This document shows, piece by piece, positions 60,334 through 64,000 of a stretch of 64,000 nucleotides of DNA. Each line of letters starts with the position of its first letter. The first letter of the stretch is position 1. Origin of the DNA: Steroidobacteraceae bacterium (GTDB lineage Bacteria > Pseudomonadota > Gammaproteobacteria > Steroidobacterales > Steroidobacteraceae); NCBI GenBank assembly GCA_040509875.1, contig JBEVKB010000045.1:2378-66377 (forward strand), written 5' to 3'. Below the pieces are notes generated by a model. That model saw only the letters and a list, made by a program, of their open reading frames with translations, had not been told where the DNA came from and ran no database searches. The translations under genes were made by a program, and so were the position numbers.

Positions 60334-61998
60334 TTGGCAACGATCAAGATGTCGGGACGAATTCACTTTTCGCCGTTGCGCTCTACGGACGCACCGGGCA
60401 TCAGTCGCCTGCAACGCAAGCTGTTTCCGCGCGAGCTGACGGAAGCGGTCAGCGAAATCGAACAGATTCTCAGCAACACCGAAGAGCACATGGTGTGCAA
60501 CCTGAGTTTCGGCCTCTTCGACGACAACGCGATGGTCGGTTACGTCTTCGCGTACGTGGAAACGCATAGCCTGTTCCACGATCGCGACGAAGAGGTGATC
60601 TATATCAAGGAGATCGCCCTGCTGCACGGCTACGAGCGCCATCTGCGGCAGCTGTTTCAGAAAATTCTCGCACAGCGAAACGCATATGCACCTGGCCTGG
60701 CCATGGAAGCGCACGCGTTGGCCGAAGCACTGGCGGGCTGGCGGCGCTTGAAGCGTTTTTTTCGCTCGATGAATCTGCAACTCACTTCCATCGCAGAGGC
60801 GCCGAAGGTGGGCAGGCCGAGCTATCACCTGCTGCGGCTGGACTTTCTGGACGCTCCCCCGGATACCGCTGTATCGCCCACGACGATTCCGGCCGCCGGC
60901 AGCAGATTCCGCGATATCGAGATCGGAGTCGTGACCGACCCGCGTCAGTGGCTGTCGCTACGCCCGCAGTGGGAGGAAGTCCTGCGCAGGTCCGCAGAGT
61001 CGACTGTCTTCCAGGCATTCGACTACCTGTGGGAATGGTGGAAGCACTTCGGCATCTGGAACGACCTGCACATGCTGGTTATCCGGCGCGGCGTTACCAT
61101 TATCGGCATCGCGCCGCTGATGATTGAATACACATCGATTCCCGGAACGACGCTGCGCCGCATGGGACTCATCGGATCGTTGCAGGACACAGCCCGCCCG
61201 CAATTCATATTCGGCAGCGATGTGGACATTTGTACATCGGCGATGCTGGCGTATTTCGACGAGAATCCGCGCTTGTGGGATGTGCTGAACATCGGGCAGC
61301 CGGTGGCTGCGATCACCGGCATGCTGCACGATCATTTCGCCAAGCGAGGCTACCGGGTCGACATGTCGCAGACGGGCAGTGCTTACCTGGATCTCGAGCG
61401 CCCCGGCATGGCATCGTCGATTGAATCCGGTAAAGCAGTCATGCGCACGGTGAACGACTGGCCGGGCTTGGAGGCAGCTATCGATGTGCATTGTGCAATC
61501 GAAGAACGGCAGCCGAATTCACATGCCCGTCCCCACATCTCGAGCGACAGGGAGCATTATTTTTTTTATACCGGGCTGGCCAGGACATTCGGTTCGAAGC
61601 AAAGCTTCGTGTCCCGAATACTGGAACGCGACGGCAAGGCAGTGGCAAGTACCCTCGGAGTGCTGTGGCGGGACGTTTTCCAATCGCTGAAACGCGTTCA
61701 TGACAACGCCGGGGATGCAGGCGTACCGGTAGACGCCCTGCTTGCATATGAAGTGGAAGACCTGCGACGCAAGGGAATTTCGCGCTACGCATTCATGGAA
61801 CCTGCAGAGGCAGACAGGCTGCCTTTCGCGGTTGAAGCGGTGACCGCTGCAGTCATTCGAGTCTATCGACCGCGGTCTTTGCCGATAGCGCTGTATTTCG
61901 CTATCGCCGGCTTCAAGCGGAGCTTTCAAGCACTGCTGGCCCGCGCGCGCGCGCGTAGTACATCATCCAGTGACGTCGCGTCGACCAGGGTGTCATGA
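60334..61998 (+). CDS. GNAT-superfamily protein (N-terminal GNAT-like + CelD/BcsL-like domain)
   Basis: LRPQWEEVL...TVFQAFDYLWEWWKHFG...IGIAPL BcsL-type signature; N-terminal MVGYVFAY..IYIKEIA; start may be ATG 60349. Confidence 0.7.
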   Translation: MATIKMSGRIHFSPLRSTDAPGISRLQRKLFPRELTEAVSEIEQILSNTEEHMVCNLSFGLFDDNAMVGYVFAYVETHSLFHDRDEEVIYIKEIALLHGYERHLRQLFQKILAQRNAYAPGLAMEAHALAEALAGWRRLKRFFRSMNLQLTSIAEAPKVGRPSYHLLRLDFLDAPPDTAVSPTTIPAAGSRFRDIEIGVVTDPRQWLSLRPQWEEVLRRSAESTVFQAFDYLWEWWKHFGIWNDLHMLVIRRGVTIIGIAPLMIEYTSIPGTTLRRMGLIGSLQDTARPQFIFGSDVDICTSAMLAYFDENPRLWDVLNIGQPVAAITGMLHDHFAKRGYRVDMSQTGSAYLDLERPGMASSIESGKAVMRTVNDWPGLEAAIDVHCAIEERQPNSHARPHISSDREHYFFYTGLARTFGSKQSFVSRILERDGKAVASTLGVLWRDVFQSLKRVHDNAGDAGVPVDALLAYEVEDLRRKGISRYAFMEPAEADRLPFAVEAVTAAVIRVYRPRSLPIALYFAIAGFKRSFQALLARARARSTSSSDVASTRVS

Positions 61999-63275
61999 TC
62001 GTGAACGTCATCCGCGTAATCAAGCAGCGGCTCGAACGCATCTGGAGATTTTTGCGTGCGTACAGCCAGCACCTGCCGCTCGCGCTGAGCTACGTTCTTG
62101 CGATGCCATGTGTAGTAACAACACTGCAAGGCAGGCTCCGGGGGCGCGAGGAACGATTTACTGTTTTGTACGCCGGCCGACGCAAGAACGACACCTACCT
62201 GTTGAACCTGATGTTCGAAGATTACGTCGAACTTGAGAAGGTGAATTCGACGCTGCTGACATTCACGCCGCATCTGCACAGGATGGCGGCGGCAGCGGAT
62301 GTGGTAATCGTAGATATAGGTTGGCCGTACCACGGCCTGGTCAATCGACGCGGCGAATACCTGGAGATACCCGACTGGATAAGGATGACCATCGAACTGC
62401 CGCCAGTCTGGGAGGACGTGGTGCGGAATTTCCGCCAGACCACGCGCAACAATGACTTGAGGCTGATCAGGCGCAACGGCTATCGCGCCGGCTTCACTAC
62501 TGAGCGCGCTGCCGTCGAGACTTTCTACGACACGATGTACCTGCCGTTCGTCACGCATAAGCATGCCAGCGGTTCGATCGTTGCTTCCCGTCGGCAGGTA
62601 CTCAGGCAGGCGTCGAAGGGGCAGCTGTTACAGGTGTTGCGCGGCGACGAGGTCATAGTTGCCGGGGTCATCTGCGCGAGCGATGACATCCTGTATTTCC
62701 TGTGGATGGGAATTGCTCCCGCTCACCTTGACTCCCCGCCCGAGGGGGCGATCAGTGCTCTATACCTATTCGGTATACGCTATGCGTTCGACAATCAATG
62801 CACCACCGTCGATTTTACCGGTACGCGTGCCTTCCTGGGCGACGGTGCATTCCGCTTCAAACGCAAGTGGGGAGCGATGGTGGAGGACACGTTCAGTCCC
62901 AGTTCCATTCTCATGCGGCCACAGCCGGGATCGGGCAAGGGCGCCCGGTTCTGCGAACGACTACCGAGCCTCGCACGCCGCTCGGGTCGGCTCGAAGCCA
63001 TGTTCGTAAGCGTAGATAAACCGGCCGACGGCGCTACGGTCGCGCGATTGAAAAAGGAGTACGGCTGCAACGGCCTGGAATACATTAACTTAATCGGTAT
63101 CTCTGATAAAAATGCGACGAGGTCTCTCCTTATTGACGCCGACGGGTGTCAATCTCGCCTCATCGATTCATCGCTGGATCGTTTTACCGAAAACTACATT
63201 GCGCGACCGTCGAATATCGCTCCTGCCACCGATGCGGTAGTGTCCACCGGCATCGCCGTGAGCGGTCCCGAATAG
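61995..63275 (+). CDS. GNAT/FemABX-like domain protein
   Basis: NFRQTTRNNDLR, FYDTMY, ALYLFGIRYA...VDFTGTR..LGDGAFRFKRKWG. Confidence 0.65.
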   Translation: MIVNVIRVIKQRLERIWRFLRAYSQHLPLALSYVLAMPCVVTTLQGRLRGREERFTVLYAGRRKNDTYLLNLMFEDYVELEKVNSTLLTFTPHLHRMAAAADVVIVDIGWPYHGLVNRRGEYLEIPDWIRMTIELPPVWEDVVRNFRQTTRNNDLRLIRRNGYRAGFTTERAAVETFYDTMYLPFVTHKHASGSIVASRRQVLRQASKGQLLQVLRGDEVIVAGVICASDDILYFLWMGIAPAHLDSPPEGAISALYLFGIRYAFDNQCTTVDFTGTRAFLGDGAFRFKRKWGAMVEDTFSPSSILMRPQPGSGKGARFCERLPSLARRSGRLEAMFVSVDKPADGATVARLKKEYGCNGLEYINLIGISDKNATRSLLIDADGCQSRLIDSSLDRFTENYIARPSNIAPATDAVVSTGIAVSGPE

Positions 63276-63287
63276 GAAAACTATAAT

Positions 63288-64000
63288 ATGGCAACCACAT
63301 CACTCATTGAATGGCCCGAGAACCAGATCCTGGAAGGCCGAGTGGTGCGTGCAAAGCATCACCTGCTCGATACCGGATTGTTCTCCGACGAGAAACTGGT
63401 GGAACTGTTCGACGAGCATGACCCTGAGAGCCTGCTGGTCTATCGGATGGGCGACGACCATCGCAAGCTGGACGAATTCCAGTTCGGCAGCAGGGGCAGC
63501 CTCACGGCGCCGCAGTTGCTGGAAGCGGTCAAGGGCGGCCGCACCTGGCTGAATATCGTCAACATGACCCGTCACGCGGCATTCAAGGCGCTGGTGGACG
63601 GGATCTACGATGAGCTCGAACGCAAGGTTCCGGGTTTCAGCACCGTCCACCGCAGCGCCAACCTGCTCGTGTCTTCGCCCAACGCGAAGGTCTACTACCA
63701 CGCCGATGCGCCTCTCAACATGCTGTGGCACCTGCGCGGCGAGAAGCGGGTCTGGGTTTATCCCAGCGATGAGCGGTTCGCGCCCCGCGAATGGGTGGAG
63801 ATGCTGTTCACCCGCGAGTCGGACGACGACCTGCCGTATCTCCCGGAGTTCGACCAGGCGGCGACGGCGTACGATCTGAATCCCGGTGAAATGCTCACCT
63901 GGCCGCAGAACACACCACACCGGGTGGAAAATCTGGGCGGCCTGTGCGTGTCGCTGACCACCGAGCACTACACTCCCCGCGCCATGAAGAAGCGCATGAC
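63288..64000 (+). CDS. JmjC/cupin-like protein (3'-truncated by window edge)
   Basis: Absent from ORF track (no stop); translated by hand from ATG 63288: LLVSSP..KVYYHADAP.NMLWHLRGEKRV...L.PGEML.WPQNTPHRVEN (HxD...H). Confidence 0.8.
   Translation, partial: MATTSLIEWPENQILEGRVVRAKHHLLDTGLFSDEKLVELFDEHDPESLLVYRMGDDHRKLDEFQFGSRGSLTAPQLLEAVKGGRTWLNIVNMTRHAAFKALVDGIYDELERKVPGFSTVHRSANLLVSSPNAKVYYHADAPLNMLWHLRGEKRVWVYPSDERFAPREWVEMLFTRESDDDLPYLPEFDQAATAYDLNPGEMLTWPQNTPHRVENLGGLCVSLTTEHYTPRAMKKRM

Overview
GC-rich gammaproteobacterial-type chromosome segment; gene content is reminiscent of Steroidobacteraceae-like organisms, but this cannot be proven from the window. 1-9.4 kb: housekeeping block fabI(partial), mltD, gloB, YafS-like methyltransferase, WbpE-like aminotransferase, dnaQ, nhaB, then a nucleotidyltransferase and a four-helix-bundle gene. 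9.6-53.5 kb: a ~44 kb surface-polysaccharide locus with a UDP-glucuronate epimerase-like gene, pgi, rmlACDB, gmd/fcl, a large SLBB export protein, a Wzz-like protein, two Wzx-like flippases, a Wzy-like polymerase, many glycosyl- and methyltransferases, a CMP-transferase, a perosamine synthase, WbpV/L/M-like genes, a WcaJ-like gene, ugd, manC and manB. 53.7-56.1 kb: orphan response regulator, tRNA-Val, gltX, tRNA-Ala, tRNA-Glu. 56.8-59.1 kb is the most striking part: two canonical tandem c-di-GMP-I (GEMM) riboswitches with a perfect CRP-family box between them precede an Ig-like/FN3 lipoprotein, and a third, structurally intact but pocket-altered GEMM-like RNA (plus a possible decayed fourth) precedes a paralogous secreted Ig-Ig-FN3 protein. 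The window ends with bfd-bfr under a Fur-like box and a GNAT-GNAT-JmjC operon that runs off the end. All calls are from motif recognition by eye; no database searches were run.
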